A stretch of DNA of 64,000 nt from Gaiellaceae bacterium (GCA_035265935.1 DATFOC010000076.1:4084-68083); one strand, 5' to 3'. Positions 26,265 to 36,125 are shown, counted from the stretch's first letter. Translations and numbers: made by a program. Notes: generated by a model from the sequence alone, not told the origin.

Positions 26265-26912
26265 ATGGACGTCGAGAAGATCGCCCCGCGCCTCTGGCAC
26301 TGGACTGCCCCACATCCGGAGTGGAAGCCGGCCAACCGCGGCAAGGACGGCCTCGGCTGGGACGAGATCGTGTCGTCCTACGCACTCGTCGACGACGACG
26401 CATTCGTGCTGATCGATCCGCAGGTGCCAACCGACGAGGCCGACGCCGCCTCCCTTTGGGACGCGCTCGACGGCGACGTCGAGGCCCACGGTCCGCCCGC
26501 AATCGTCATCTCCGTTGACTACCACATGCGGAGCGCGGAGGACATCGCCGGCCGCTACGACGGCAGCTCGATCTGGGCGCCGGCGGACTCACGCAAGAGC
26601 AAACTCGACCGCACCCGGAGCTACGCGACAGGCGACGAGCTGCCCGGCGGCATCCGGGTGTTCGACGTCGGGATGCCGGGCGAGCGCGCGCTGTACCTGC
26701 CCTCGCACAAGGCAGTCGCTTTCGGCGACGCCGTCCTCGACGGCGTCCGTCTGCTCCCGGAAAGCTGGCTGGAGAAGGGCATGACCAGACAGGACGTGGC
26801 AGATGCCCTCCGCCCGCTGCTGGACGAGGACATCGAGCTCGTCCTGCTCACGCACGGCGGCCCGGTGTCCGATCGGCCACGCGAGCAGCTCGAGCGCGCG
26901 CTCGCCGCCTGA
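26265..26912 (+). CDS. Hypothetical protein, possibly a degenerate MBL fold
   Basis: The ATG at 26265 gives MDVEKIAPRLWHWTAPHPEW..., resembling actinobacterial MBL-fold proteins, but the HxHxDH motif is not intact (VDYHMRSAED). Confidence 0.5.
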   Translation: MDVEKIAPRLWHWTAPHPEWKPANRGKDGLGWDEIVSSYALVDDDAFVLIDPQVPTDEADAASLWDALDGDVEAHGPPAIVISVDYHMRSAEDIAGRYDGSSIWAPADSRKSKLDRTRSYATGDELPGGIRVFDVGMPGERALYLPSHKAVAFGDAVLDGVRLLPESWLEKGMTRQDVADALRPLLDEDIELVLLTHGGPVSDRPREQLERALAA

Positions 26913-26923
26913 GTGAGCCGCTG

Positions 26924-27436
26924 CTAGAAATCGAGCGGCAGCGGCCGCCCGGCGACCGGCGTCGAGTGCACGATCGACGTCGTCGTCTGCCCGAGGACGA
27001 TGAAGCGATCGAGGATCTCCTCGAGATCGTCCATCGACCGCAGGTGCAGCTTCACGAAGAAGCAGTCCTCGCCCGTGATGCGGTAGCAGTCGACTACTTC
27101 CGGCATCTGACGAGCAAGCTCTGGAATCTTCTGCAGCTGCCGCGTGGTCGGCCGGATTCTGACGACCGCTGCGATCGGAAAGCCGATCGCCTTCGGATCG
27201 ACCTCCGCGCGGTAGCCCGTGATCACGCCCGCCCCTTCGAGCCGTTGAATCCGCTCCGCGACCGCCGGCGCAGAGAGATTGATGCGCCGGCCGAGCTCGG
27301 CCATCGTCACCCGGGCATCGGACTGGAGCTCCTGAAGGAGGCGCCGGTTGATCTCGTCTAGGAGCTGGTTTTCGTTGGCGACGGCCACCGATGTCCTTGG
27401 CTTCGAAGGCTGGGGAGCCGAAACGGCTTCGTCCAA
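26924..27436 (-). CDS. Lrp/AsnC family transcriptional regulator
   Basis: 170 aa. HTH region LLDEINRRLLQELQSDARVTMAELGRRINLSAPAVAERIQRLE plus a RAM/AsnC_trans_reg domain. Confidence 0.88.
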   Translation of the reverse strand: MDEAVSAPQPSKPRTSVAVANENQLLDEINRRLLQELQSDARVTMAELGRRINLSAPAVAERIQRLEGAGVITGYRAEVDPKAIGFPIAAVVRIRPTTRQLQKIPELARQMPEVVDCYRITGEDCFFVKLHLRSMDDLEEILDRFIVLGQTTTSIVHSTPVAGRPLPLDF

Positions 27437-28365
27437 GTGTGGCAGACGCCGGCCGCTCTCGCGACGATTTCAGGGTGCAGCAGGCGGCTGTCCTCCCGAC
27501 GACACGCGCCTCGCGCGCCGCGGCGCGGACGCCGCCGGAGGCGTTCTTCGTCGGCAGCGCGGTCTTCCACTACCTCGGGCCGGCCTTCGCCGTGCTCCTC
27601 TTCGCGTTGGTCGAGCCGCTCGGCGTCGCCTGGCTGCGGATCGTCACGGCCGCCGTCGTCTTCGCACTCTGGCGGAAGCCGTGGCGCGTGCTGGACACGC
27701 TCGACCGATCCGGTCTTCGGACCGTGGTCGCGATGGGCGTCGTCCTGGCGGTCATGAACGCGTGCTTCTACATCGCGATCGACCGCCTCCCGCTCGGGAC
27801 GGTCGCGGCGATCGAGTTCCTTCCGGTCATCGCACTGGCCGCAGTGGGGATGCGAACCGCCCGCAATGCGGTTGCCCTCGGTTCGGCCGTCGCCGGCGTC
27901 TATCTGCTGACCGACGTGCGCATCGAGGGCGAGCCGATCGGGGTTGCGTTCGCCTTCGCGAACGCCGGCCTGTTCGCGGCCTACATCGTTCTCGCCCACC
28001 GCGTCGCCCGGCTCGGGCGGATAGGCGGGATCGACGGCCTCGGCGCAGCGATGCTCATCGCCATCGTCGTCATCACTCCGATCGGTTTCTGGAGTGCGGC
28101 GCCGGCGCTCCTCGATCCGATCGCCGTCGCCGCCGCCGTCGGTGTCGGCATCTCGTCATCGGTGATCCCGTACGTGTTCGACCAGTTGGCGATGGCGAAA
28201 CTGACCCGGGCAGCCTACTCGCTGATGGTCTCGCTGCTGCCCGCCACTGCAACCGTGATCGGGATCGTCGTGCTCGCGCAGATCCCATCCTGGCCCGAGG
28301 TCGTCGGAGTCGGCCTCGTGGTCGCAGCGGTGGCCGTGCACCGCGAGGCTCGGCCGACGGACTGA
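27391..28365 (+). CDS. EamA/DMT family transporter
   Basis: 10-TM pattern with two EamA repeats. The start is uncertain (GTG 27475 is an alternative). It lies divergent from the Lrp gene. Confidence 0.8.
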   Translation: MSLASKAGEPKRLRPSVADAGRSRDDFRVQQAAVLPTTRASRAAARTPPEAFFVGSAVFHYLGPAFAVLLFALVEPLGVAWLRIVTAAVVFALWRKPWRVLDTLDRSGLRTVVAMGVVLAVMNACFYIAIDRLPLGTVAAIEFLPVIALAAVGMRTARNAVALGSAVAGVYLLTDVRIEGEPIGVAFAFANAGLFAAYIVLAHRVARLGRIGGIDGLGAAMLIAIVVITPIGFWSAAPALLDPIAVAAAVGVGISSSVIPYVFDQLAMAKLTRAAYSLMVSLLPATATVIGIVVLAQIPSWPEVVGVGLVVAAVAVHREARPTD

Positions 28366-29345
28366 TGGAGTACGTGCGCCTCGGCACGTCCGGCCTCAGG
28401 GTCTCGCGGATCTGCCTGGGGATGATGAGCTACGGCGATCCGACGGTTCGGGCCTGGCAGCTCCCGGAGGAGGATGCGGAGCCGATCGTGCGGCACGCGG
28501 TCGAGGCGGGAGTGACGTTCTTCGACACCGCCGACATGTACTCGCGCGGCCGCAGCGAGGAAATCACCGGACGCCTGCTCGCCAGGTTCTTCCCGAGCAG
28601 AGACGACTACGTGCTCGCGACGAAGGCCTACTTCCCGACGGGGCCCGGCCCGAACGACCGCGGCCTCTCGAGAAAGCACCTGCTCGCCGCCGTCGACGCG
28701 TCCCTCAGGCGGATTGGCACCGACTACGTCGACCTCTACCAGATCCACCGCTGGGACTACGAGACGCCGATCGAGGAGACCATGGCGGCGCTTCACGACA
28801 TCGTCCGGGCCGGCAAGGCCCGCTACATCGGCGCGTCCAGCATGTACGCCTGGGAGTTCGCCAAGGCCCAGTACACCGCCCGCACTGCCGGCTGGACGAG
28901 CTTCGTGTCCATGCAGAACCACTACAACCTCGTCTACCGAGAAGAGGAGCGGGAGATGATTCCGCTCTGCCTCGACGAGGGCGTCGGTGTCCTGCCGTGG
29001 AGCCCGCTCGCCCGCGGCCTGCTCGCGGGGAGCCGGACGCGGGACGGCGCAGAGACCACGGTCAGGTCGGGGAGCGATCCGGTCGCCGAGATGTACGAGG
29101 AATCCGACTTCGACGTCGTGGACGTCGTTCGCGAAGTCGGCGAGGAGCGAGGCCTGCCGCCCGCGCAGATCGCGCTCGCCTGGCTGCTCGGCAAGCCCGC
29201 GGTGACCGCGCCGATCGTCGGAGCGACGAAGCTCGGGCACCTTCAGGATGCGATCGCCGCAACGGGGGTGAGGCTGACCGAGGAGGAGTCGAGGCGGCTC
29301 GAGGCGCCGTACCGGCCCCACGCCATCCTCGGTCACCCCGACTGA
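28365..29345 (+). CDS. Aldo/keto reductase
   Basis: The ATG at 28365 (TGATG overlap) gives MEYVRLGTSGLRVSRICLGMMSYG...FFDTADMY...DLYQIHRWD..., an AKR signature. Confidence 0.9.
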   Translation: MEYVRLGTSGLRVSRICLGMMSYGDPTVRAWQLPEEDAEPIVRHAVEAGVTFFDTADMYSRGRSEEITGRLLARFFPSRDDYVLATKAYFPTGPGPNDRGLSRKHLLAAVDASLRRIGTDYVDLYQIHRWDYETPIEETMAALHDIVRAGKARYIGASSMYAWEFAKAQYTARTAGWTSFVSMQNHYNLVYREEEREMIPLCLDEGVGVLPWSPLARGLLAGSRTRDGAETTVRSGSDPVAEMYEESDFDVVDVVREVGEERGLPPAQIALAWLLGKPAVTAPIVGATKLGHLQDAIAATGVRLTEEESRRLEAPYRPHAILGHPD

Positions 29346-29350
29346 CGGGT

Positions 29351-30556
29351 CTAGAAGTGTGAGGTCGCGCCCGCCGGGTCGGCGTCATACGACGCCGGCA
29401 CACCGTCCTCGGTGTACCAGGAGTAGGCGTACTGCCCGTCGTCGAGCGCTTTCGCCAGCTTCGTCAGCTTCAGCGGATGGAAGGTGTCGCACATGACTGC
29501 GAGCTCGTGCGTCTCCGCCATCCCGATCGACTTCTCCGCGAGGCCCGGGTGCGGCCCGTGCGGGATCCCCGACGGATGGAGCGTCACCGACCCGACCTCG
29601 ATCCCCTTCCGCGACGAGAAGTTGCCGTCGACGTAATAGATCATCTCCTCGCTCTGGAGGTTCGAGTGGTGGTACGGGATCGGGATCGCCATCGGGTCGA
29701 AGTCCAGCTTGCGCGGGCAGAACGAGCAGATGACGAAGTTGGGGCCGGAGAAGGTCTGATGCGACGGTGGCGGCATGTGGATGCGCCCCGTGATCGGCTC
29801 GAAGTCGTTGATGTTGAAGGTCCACGGGTAGAGGTAGCCGTCCCAACCCACGACGTCGAACGGGTGGTAGTCGATCTCGTAGTCCTGGTAGCCGTCTCGG
29901 ACGCGGATCTTGAGCCGGAACTCGCCGCGCTCGCGGACGGTCTGGAGCTCGGTCGGCGGGTGGATGTCGCGGTGGTAGAAGGGCGCGTGCTCCATCAGCT
30001 GCCCGTACTGGTTCCGGTACCGCTTGGGGATCTCGATCAGCCCGGGCGTCTCAAAGAGCAGGTACCGCTGCGGGCCTGACGGCTCGAACGTGTAGGTCGT
30101 CCCGCGCGGGATGACGACGTAGTCACCCTCCTTGTAGGGCAGGTCGCCGAAGGTCGTGTGCAGCGTCCCCGACCCCTCGTGGACGAAGTAGACCTCGTCG
30201 CCCTCGCCGTTCCGGAAGAAGTAGTCCATCGACTCGGACGGCCGCACGAGCGAGATCTCGACGTCGCTGTTCCACATCAGGAGCTTGCGACCGGAGATCT
30301 CGTCGCCCTCGGGCTCGGTCCCGATCGTCTTGAAGTGACGGTGGGCATGCGCGTCGGGCACCCACTCCTCGCGCTTGATCGCCTCGAAGTCGCCGAGCTC
30401 CTTGATCCGGCAGGGCGACGTGAGGTGGTACAGGATCGACTCGTTCCCCGTGAAACCCTCGAGGCCCATGACCTCCTCGGTCAGGAGGCTTCCGTTGTCG
30501 CGGAACTGGATGTGGCGCTTGCGGGGGACGTCGCCGCGGACCTGGTACGTGGGCAT
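29351..30556 (-). CDS. hmgA: Homogentisate 1,2-dioxygenase
   Basis: 401 aa. Cupin core with HRHF..., MPPPSHQTF and YHHSNLQSEEMIYYV, typical of bacterial HmgA. Confidence 0.9.
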   Translation of the reverse strand: MPTYQVRGDVPRKRHIQFRDNGSLLTEEVMGLEGFTGNESILYHLTSPCRIKELGDFEAIKREEWVPDAHAHRHFKTIGTEPEGDEISGRKLLMWNSDVEISLVRPSESMDYFFRNGEGDEVYFVHEGSGTLHTTFGDLPYKEGDYVVIPRGTTYTFEPSGPQRYLLFETPGLIEIPKRYRNQYGQLMEHAPFYHRDIHPPTELQTVRERGEFRLKIRVRDGYQDYEIDYHPFDVVGWDGYLYPWTFNINDFEPITGRIHMPPPSHQTFSGPNFVICSFCPRKLDFDPMAIPIPYHHSNLQSEEMIYYVDGNFSSRKGIEVGSVTLHPSGIPHGPHPGLAEKSIGMAETHELAVMCDTFHPLKLTKLAKALDDGQYAYSWYTEDGVPASYDADPAGATSHF

Positions 30557-30606
30557 GGCGCGAAGGTTAGCGCGGTGCGTTCGTAGACTCGCCCGATGGT
30601 GCCGGG

Positions 30607-31428
30607 CTAGGAGCGATCGCCGACGACGTTTCTCAGCACCCCGATCCGCTCGACCTCGAGCTCGACCTCATCGCCCGGCTGGAGCCAGCGCCCGTCACAG
30701 TGCTCCAAGATGCAGCCGGTCCCGACGGTGCCGGAACCGAGGACGTCGCCGGGCCAGAGCTCGGTGTTCCGGCCCGCCTGCTCGACGATGCGATTCCACG
30801 GGTGGTAGAGGTCGGCCAGATTCCCGCGCGAGCGCTCTTCGCCGTTCACGCGGGCGACCATGACGGCCGACGAGCCGTCGAACTCATCCGGCGTGACGAC
30901 GACCGGGCCGAGGCTCGTCGCGAAGTCCTTGCCCTTGGCAGGCCCGAGGCCGACCTTCATCTCTTCGCGCTGGACGTCACGCGCGGACCAGTCGTTCATG
31001 ATTGTGAAGCCGCCGATCTGCCCGTCAGCGCCGATCACCGCCGCGACTTCGAGCTCGTAGTCGAGCTCGTTCGTATCGCCGGGATACGGGATCTCGGCCT
31101 CCGGCCCATAGATCACGCTGGGGTTCGAGAAGTAGAAGACCGGAATGCGGTACCACTCCTCCGGCACCTCCAGGTCACGCTTCGCGCGCGCCGCCTTGAC
31201 GTGCTGCTCGAAGGCGTAGAAGTCGCGGACGGACGGCGGGTGCAGCACCGGCGGCCGGAGCTCGACCTCGGCGAGCGGGTACTCGGCGTGCTCGCGCGCC
31301 TTTCCGCCGCCCGTGAAGAACGACTGGAGCGTCTGCGCGGCGAGCTGGATCACGCGGTCGCCCTCGATCCGGCCCGGCCACCCGCGCTGGAGCTCGGCCC
31401 CTTTGGGGCTGAACATGCACAACTTCAC
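30607..31428 (-). CDS. Fumarylacetoacetate hydrolase (FAH) family protein, short type
   Basis: 273 aa. DYELEVAAVIG, NDWSARD, GKDF and GDVLGSGT motifs of the FAH fold. Confidence 0.88.
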   Translation of the reverse strand: MKLCMFSPKGAELQRGWPGRIEGDRVIQLAAQTLQSFFTGGGKAREHAEYPLAEVELRPPVLHPPSVRDFYAFEQHVKAARAKRDLEVPEEWYRIPVFYFSNPSVIYGPEAEIPYPGDTNELDYELEVAAVIGADGQIGGFTIMNDWSARDVQREEMKVGLGPAKGKDFATSLGPVVVTPDEFDGSSAVMVARVNGEERSRGNLADLYHPWNRIVEQAGRNTELWPGDVLGSGTVGTGCILEHCDGRWLQPGDEVELEVERIGVLRNVVGDRS

Positions 31429-32765
31429 GGCTCGGTGTGCACCACGACGTCGGCGACTTCGGGCAGCTCGGCGCGGATCCGTTCTTCGATCTCGCTCGCG
31501 CGCTCGTGAGCCTCGGCCAGCGAATTGGCGGCAATCTGCACGGTGACGAAGAGCAGGACGCCGTCCTGCGTCTCGATGAAGCGCACCTCGCGCGGCGGCT
31601 TGCCCGTCCGCTCGCGCACGATCCCGGCGACGGCGCGCTCGTCCGCCACGGCCAGGCGTTCGCCGGGGCCGGCCTCTCGAAGCGGCTCGAGGTGCGTCTG
31701 CACCGAAACGACCGCTGGAACCGCCTGCCCGATCGCACGCTCGACCTGCGACGCGACCTCATGCGCCTCGGCCAGCGGCAGCTCGCCGGGCAGCTTGAGG
31801 TGGAGCCCGACCTCGACACCGCCGTTCACGGTCACAACCCGAAGGTTGTGCACCTCCCTGACTCTGGGGACAGCGAGCGCGGCGGCCAGGACGCGCTCGC
31901 GGAGCGCCTCCTCCGTGCGCGGCTCCACGTGGACGACGACATCGCTCTCGGGAAGCGCATCCTGAACCGCGCGCTCGACGCGGTCAGCGGCGGCATGCCC
32001 CTGCCCCACCGCGGCGCCGGGAGGGACGCCGATGACGACGTCAGCGAAGTGGCGACCGGCCGAGCTGCGCAACCTGAGCCTCCGCAGCTCGACCGGCGGG
32101 TCGACGCCGGCGATCGCCTCGCGCGCGGCCTCGTGCGCCTCGTCCGGCGTCGTGTCCATGAGCACGTCGATGTTCGAGCGGATGAGCCTTGCGGCGGCCA
32201 TCAGTACGAGCACGGCGACGAAGAGCGCTGCAAGCGAGTCTGCCTTGCCGTATCCGCCCGCGACGAGGGCGAGGCCGATCAACACGGCGACGGAGCCGGC
32301 GAGGTCGCCGCCGAAATGAAGCGCGTTCGCCTCGAGCGCCGCGCTCCCGTAGCGGCGCGAGCCTCGCCAGGACACCAGGGTCCGGCTTGTGTCGACGGCG
32401 ATGACTACCCCGATCACCAGGAACGTGTACCAGGCCGCGTCGACATCTCGCTCGGCCGAACCGGCCAGGTGCTCGATCGCCCTGTAGGAGATGAAGAGGC
32501 TGGCGAGGACGAGGATCGTCGCCTCGGCGAGCGCAGCAAGGTGCTCCGCCTTGCCGTGGCCGTATGCGTGGCCGGGGTCGGCCGGCCGCCCGGCAACGCC
32601 GAGCGCGAAGAACGTCAGCAGCGCCGCGACGAGATCCGTTCCCGAGTGGATCGACTCCGAGATGAGCCCCAGACTGCCGCTCGCAAAGCCTGCGCCGAGC
32701 TTCAGCCCGATCAGCACGAGCGCCGCGACGACGGAGACGAGCGCGGTTCGGCGCTGCGGCGTCAC
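31425..32765 (-). CDS. Cation diffusion facilitator (CDF) transporter with three tandem cytoplasmic domains
   Basis: GTG 32765 overlaps the upstream TGA. The TM domain has ESIHSGTD and HFGGD metal-site motifs. It is followed by three ~80-aa repeats ending VVVHVEP / VQTHLEP / VVVHTEP. Confidence 0.85.
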   Translation of the reverse strand: MTPQRRTALVSVVAALVLIGLKLGAGFASGSLGLISESIHSGTDLVAALLTFFALGVAGRPADPGHAYGHGKAEHLAALAEATILVLASLFISYRAIEHLAGSAERDVDAAWYTFLVIGVVIAVDTSRTLVSWRGSRRYGSAALEANALHFGGDLAGSVAVLIGLALVAGGYGKADSLAALFVAVLVLMAAARLIRSNIDVLMDTTPDEAHEAAREAIAGVDPPVELRRLRLRSSAGRHFADVVIGVPPGAAVGQGHAAADRVERAVQDALPESDVVVHVEPRTEEALRERVLAAALAVPRVREVHNLRVVTVNGGVEVGLHLKLPGELPLAEAHEVASQVERAIGQAVPAVVSVQTHLEPLREAGPGERLAVADERAVAGIVRERTGKPPREVRFIETQDGVLLFVTVQIAANSLAEAHERASEIEERIRAELPEVADVVVHTEP

Positions 32766-34171
32766 TGCAGGCTCCGGAGCGCCGAGCGGGCGGCGTTCAA
32801 CCCGCACATGCCGTGGACGCCTCCGCCCGGCGGCGTCGACGACGAGCACAGGTAGAGCCCGTCGGCGGGCGTGGAGTACGGATCCAGGCGTACTGCAGGC
32901 CGCGTGTAGAGCTGGCGCAGGTCCTGGACGCCGCCGTTGATGTCCCCTCCGACGTAGTTCGGGTTGCGCGCCTCGACGTCGGCCGGGCTCATGGCGTGCC
33001 GCGCGAGGATCAGATCGCGGAATCCAGGGGCAAAGCGCTCGATCTGCGCCTCCATCCGTTCGGTCATGTCCACGGTCGACCCGTTCGGGACATGGCAGTA
33101 GGCCCAGAGGGTGTGCTTTCCGGCCGGGGCCCTCGTCTCGTCGAAGAGGCTCTGCTGCGCGACGATCATGTATGGCCGCTCCGACGCCTGACCGCGCCAG
33201 ACGGCGTCCTCGGACTCGACGATCTCGGCCGCCGTGCCGCCGATGTGCACGGTTCCCGCTCGCGCGCACTCCTCCGCCGTCCACGGCGCGGGGCCGTCGA
33301 GCGCCCAGTCGAGCTTGAACACACCGGGGCCATAGCGGTACCGGCGCAACGCCCGTAGGTAGCGATCCGGCAGCCAGTGGCCCGCGACGCCGATCACACC
33401 CTGCGGCGTCAGGTCGAGCAGGGTCACTACGGACGGTGGGAGCTCGTCTACCGAGGCGACCGGCCGTCCGGTCTCGACCTCGCCGTCCAGCGACCGGAGG
33501 TAGGAGACGAGTGCGTCGGCGATAGCCTGCGATCCCCCGCGGGCCATGGGCCAGCCGTACGCGTGCCCGAGCAGGGCGAGGACGAGCCCGAAAGACGCAG
33601 TCGGGCTGCGGCGGAGTGACTGGATCGAATGCGCAGCGAGCCCCACGAAGAGCGCCTGTCCCCGCTCGCTCTCGAAGCGGCCGGCCAGCCCTGCGGCGGA
33701 GCGGAATGCATTGAGGCCGAACCGGGCTGCGCCGATCGGGTGGCGCGGAAACGGGCGAGGGCCGAGGAGAAACGGCACGAGCCGATCCTGCTCCCGGACC
33801 AGCGGCTCGATCAGCTTCCGGTAGGCCGGCCCGTCCGTTCCGAGCCGAACGGCCGTCGCCGCCACGGATCGTTCGAGCAGGACGGCCGATCCGTCGTCCA
33901 AGGGGTGCGCGAGGAGCAGATCGGGGTGGACGAGCTCCAGTCCGTGCTCCGCAAGCGGCAGCTCCGAGAAGAATGGCGACGCGGCCACAAGCGGATGGAT
34001 CGCCGAACAGACGTCGTGAAGGAACCCGGGCTCGGTCAGCTCTGCCGAGCGAGTCCCTCCTCCGACGGTCTCCGCCCGCTCGACGACCTGCACCGAGCGG
34101 CCTGCGCGCGCCATCGTGATCGCCGCGGCCAGGCCATTGGGGCCCGACCCGACGACAACGGCGTCAGGCAT
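32762..34171 (-). CDS. Phytoene desaturase (CrtI)-family FAD/NAD(P)-dependent oxidoreductase
   Basis: 469 aa. N-terminal dinucleotide fold DAVVVGSGPNGLAAAITMARAG and a C-terminal PGGGVHG motif, typical of the CrtI/CrtISO-like family. Confidence 0.8.
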   Translation of the reverse strand: MPDAVVVGSGPNGLAAAITMARAGRSVQVVERAETVGGGTRSAELTEPGFLHDVCSAIHPLVAASPFFSELPLAEHGLELVHPDLLLAHPLDDGSAVLLERSVAATAVRLGTDGPAYRKLIEPLVREQDRLVPFLLGPRPFPRHPIGAARFGLNAFRSAAGLAGRFESERGQALFVGLAAHSIQSLRRSPTASFGLVLALLGHAYGWPMARGGSQAIADALVSYLRSLDGEVETGRPVASVDELPPSVVTLLDLTPQGVIGVAGHWLPDRYLRALRRYRYGPGVFKLDWALDGPAPWTAEECARAGTVHIGGTAAEIVESEDAVWRGQASERPYMIVAQQSLFDETRAPAGKHTLWAYCHVPNGSTVDMTERMEAQIERFAPGFRDLILARHAMSPADVEARNPNYVGGDINGGVQDLRQLYTRPAVRLDPYSTPADGLYLCSSSTPPGGGVHGMCGLNAARSALRSLQ

Positions 34172-34961
34172 CGTCGAGAGGCCAGATGACGACGTCCTGG
34201 CGTGCCGAGAAGTGCAGCAGCGGAACCTCGTCGAGGAGCTCGATCCCGGGCGGCGGCATGGTGTTCTCCTCGATCTCGGCTTCGGCGGGCTGGAGTGGCC
34301 ACGGCTCGTGGTGGATCTCGGCCCGCTTCAACCGCCCTGCGTCCTCCGCGTACAGGCAGTAGCGCTCGGTCAGGAAGTGGGCCAGCGAGCTCGGATCGGC
34401 GTCGATGACGTCGCCGATCGGCCGGTACCCGACGCGAAGGGCCCCACGTTCACCGCCGCCACGCATGCTCTCGTACCTGAGCCGGCCGTCTCGCCAGTCG
34501 GCCCGCATGTCGGCGCGGAAGTACGGGAGCTTGTAGGCGCGCCGCGCCGCCTCGACGGCGAGGTCGCTCTCAGCATCGAGGCTGAAGAACCAGATCCCGG
34601 GCTTTCCGCCGGCCGTGACGTAGGTACGAGTGTTGACCTCGAGAAAGGACGAGATCAGCGGCAGCGGCGGCAGCCCGCGCGCCCTGAGCCCGGTGACGCG
34701 AAACGGCGTCACCCCGATCCACGCCGCGTCCTCGAAGAGATCGAGCTCGAGCCCATCGGGGAGGTGCGGCCGGAGCGCGTCCGCTGGCGCTCGCCAGTGC
34801 GCGAAGAGCAGGTCGTCCCAGGTCTGGCCCATCACCCACGACGTCTCGGGCAGCCGCCAGGGCCGGTGATCGGTCGCCTCCAGCGAGGCCGATTGCCGGG
34901 CCGGTGCCTGTAGGGCGTCAAGGAGGCTCCGGGAGAGTGCGCCGCCCATCGTCCATGGCAC
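34164..34961 (-). CDS. DUF2071 (YqjF-like) domain protein
   Basis: 265 aa. LLFAHWR, WIGVTPF and FLEVNTRTYV resemble DUF2071. It has an 8-nt overlap with the CrtI-like gene. Confidence 0.7.
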   Translation of the reverse strand: MPWTMGGALSRSLLDALQAPARQSASLEATDHRPWRLPETSWVMGQTWDDLLFAHWRAPADALRPHLPDGLELDLFEDAAWIGVTPFRVTGLRARGLPPLPLISSFLEVNTRTYVTAGGKPGIWFFSLDAESDLAVEAARRAYKLPYFRADMRADWRDGRLRYESMRGGGERGALRVGYRPIGDVIDADPSSLAHFLTERYCLYAEDAGRLKRAEIHHEPWPLQPAEAEIEENTMPPPGIELLDEVPLLHFSARQDVVIWPLDDA

Positions 34962-35030
34962 CCTACGGAACCGGACGATGCGTCAGACGCTGCGCGGCAT
35001 CATTGATCGGGCGCTGACCGAGCCTTTGCC

Positions 35031-36125
35031 CTAGAGGTTGCCGCGGAGCGCCTGCTCGCGCTCGATGCTCTCAAAGAGCGCCTTGAAGTTGCCCTCGCCG
35101 AAGGTCGTCGCGCCGTGGCGCTCGATGACTTCGAAGAACACCGTTGGCCGGTCCTGGGCAGTCTTCGTGAAGATCTGGAGCAGGTAGCCGTCCTCGTCGC
35201 GGTCAGCCAGGATGCGCAGCCGCTTCAGGTCGTCGTAGTCCTCCGAGATCTCGCCCACGCGGCCCTCGACCTCGTCGTAGTACGCCTCGGGCGTGTCCAG
35301 GAAGATCACGCCGCGCTCCTTCAACGCCTCGACCGTCCTGACGACGTCGTCGCTCTGCATCGCGATGTGCTGGACGCCGGGACCGCCGTTGAACTCGAGG
35401 TACTCCTCGATCTGGCTCTTCCGCTTCCCCTCGGCCGGCTCGTTGATCGGGAACTTGATCTTCCCGCTTCCGTCCGACATGACTTTCGACATCAGCGCCG
35501 AGTACTCGGTCTGGATCTGGTCGTCGCCGAAGTGGACGATGTTCGTCATCCCGAAGACGCGCTCGTAGAACTCGACCCAGTGATTCATCCGGCCGAGCTC
35601 GACGTTGCCGACGACGTGGTCGAGGGCGATCAGCCCGACCCCGTCGGGCGGCTGTCCGTTCTCGATCGTGGACCGGTATCCGGGCAGGTATGGCCCCGCA
35701 TAGTCCCCACGGTTCACGAACGTGTGGATGACCTCACCGTAGGTGCCGATCGCCGACAGCTCGACACGGCCGAACTCGTCTTCGACCCAGCGCGGCTCCG
35801 CAATTCCGCGCGCGCCCCGCTGGACGGCCTGGCGGTACGCCTCCTCCGCGCTCGGGACCTGCAGGCCAATCGACTTGGCGCTGTCCCCGTGCCGGCAGGC
35901 GAACTCGGTGACCTCGTTCTGGGCGCGGAGGCCGCTCGTGAGGACGAAGCGGATGTCGCCCTGCTCGAGCACGTAGGACGCACGGTCGCGGACGCCCGTC
36001 TCGGGGCCTGCGTACGCGCTACGGGTGAACCCGAACGCCTGCTCGTAGTAGTAGGCCGCCTGCTTGGCGTTACCGACCCAGAGCTCGACGTGGTCCCAGC
36101 CCTGCAGCGGCATGAAGTCCGTCAT
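35031..36125 (-). CDS. hppD: 4-hydroxyphenylpyruvate dioxygenase
   Basis: The internal ATG at 36125 gives MTDFMPLQGWDHVELWVGNAKQAAYYY.... Also HVVGNV, GVQHIAM and the C-terminus FGEGNFKALFESIEREQ. Confidence 0.93.
   Translation of the reverse strand: MTDFMPLQGWDHVELWVGNAKQAAYYYEQAFGFTRSAYAGPETGVRDRASYVLEQGDIRFVLTSGLRAQNEVTEFACRHGDSAKSIGLQVPSAEEAYRQAVQRGARGIAEPRWVEDEFGRVELSAIGTYGEVIHTFVNRGDYAGPYLPGYRSTIENGQPPDGVGLIALDHVVGNVELGRMNHWVEFYERVFGMTNIVHFGDDQIQTEYSALMSKVMSDGSGKIKFPINEPAEGKRKSQIEEYLEFNGGPGVQHIAMQSDDVVRTVEALKERGVIFLDTPEAYYDEVEGRVGEISEDYDDLKRLRILADRDEDGYLLQIFTKTAQDRPTVFFEVIERHGATTFGEGNFKALFESIEREQALRGNL

Noticed and set aside
27348-28364. 339-codon N-terminal extension of the aldo/keto reductase ORF
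   Set aside because: It overlaps the EamA transporter in another frame. The AKR consensus N-terminus (MEYVRLG...) starts at 28365.
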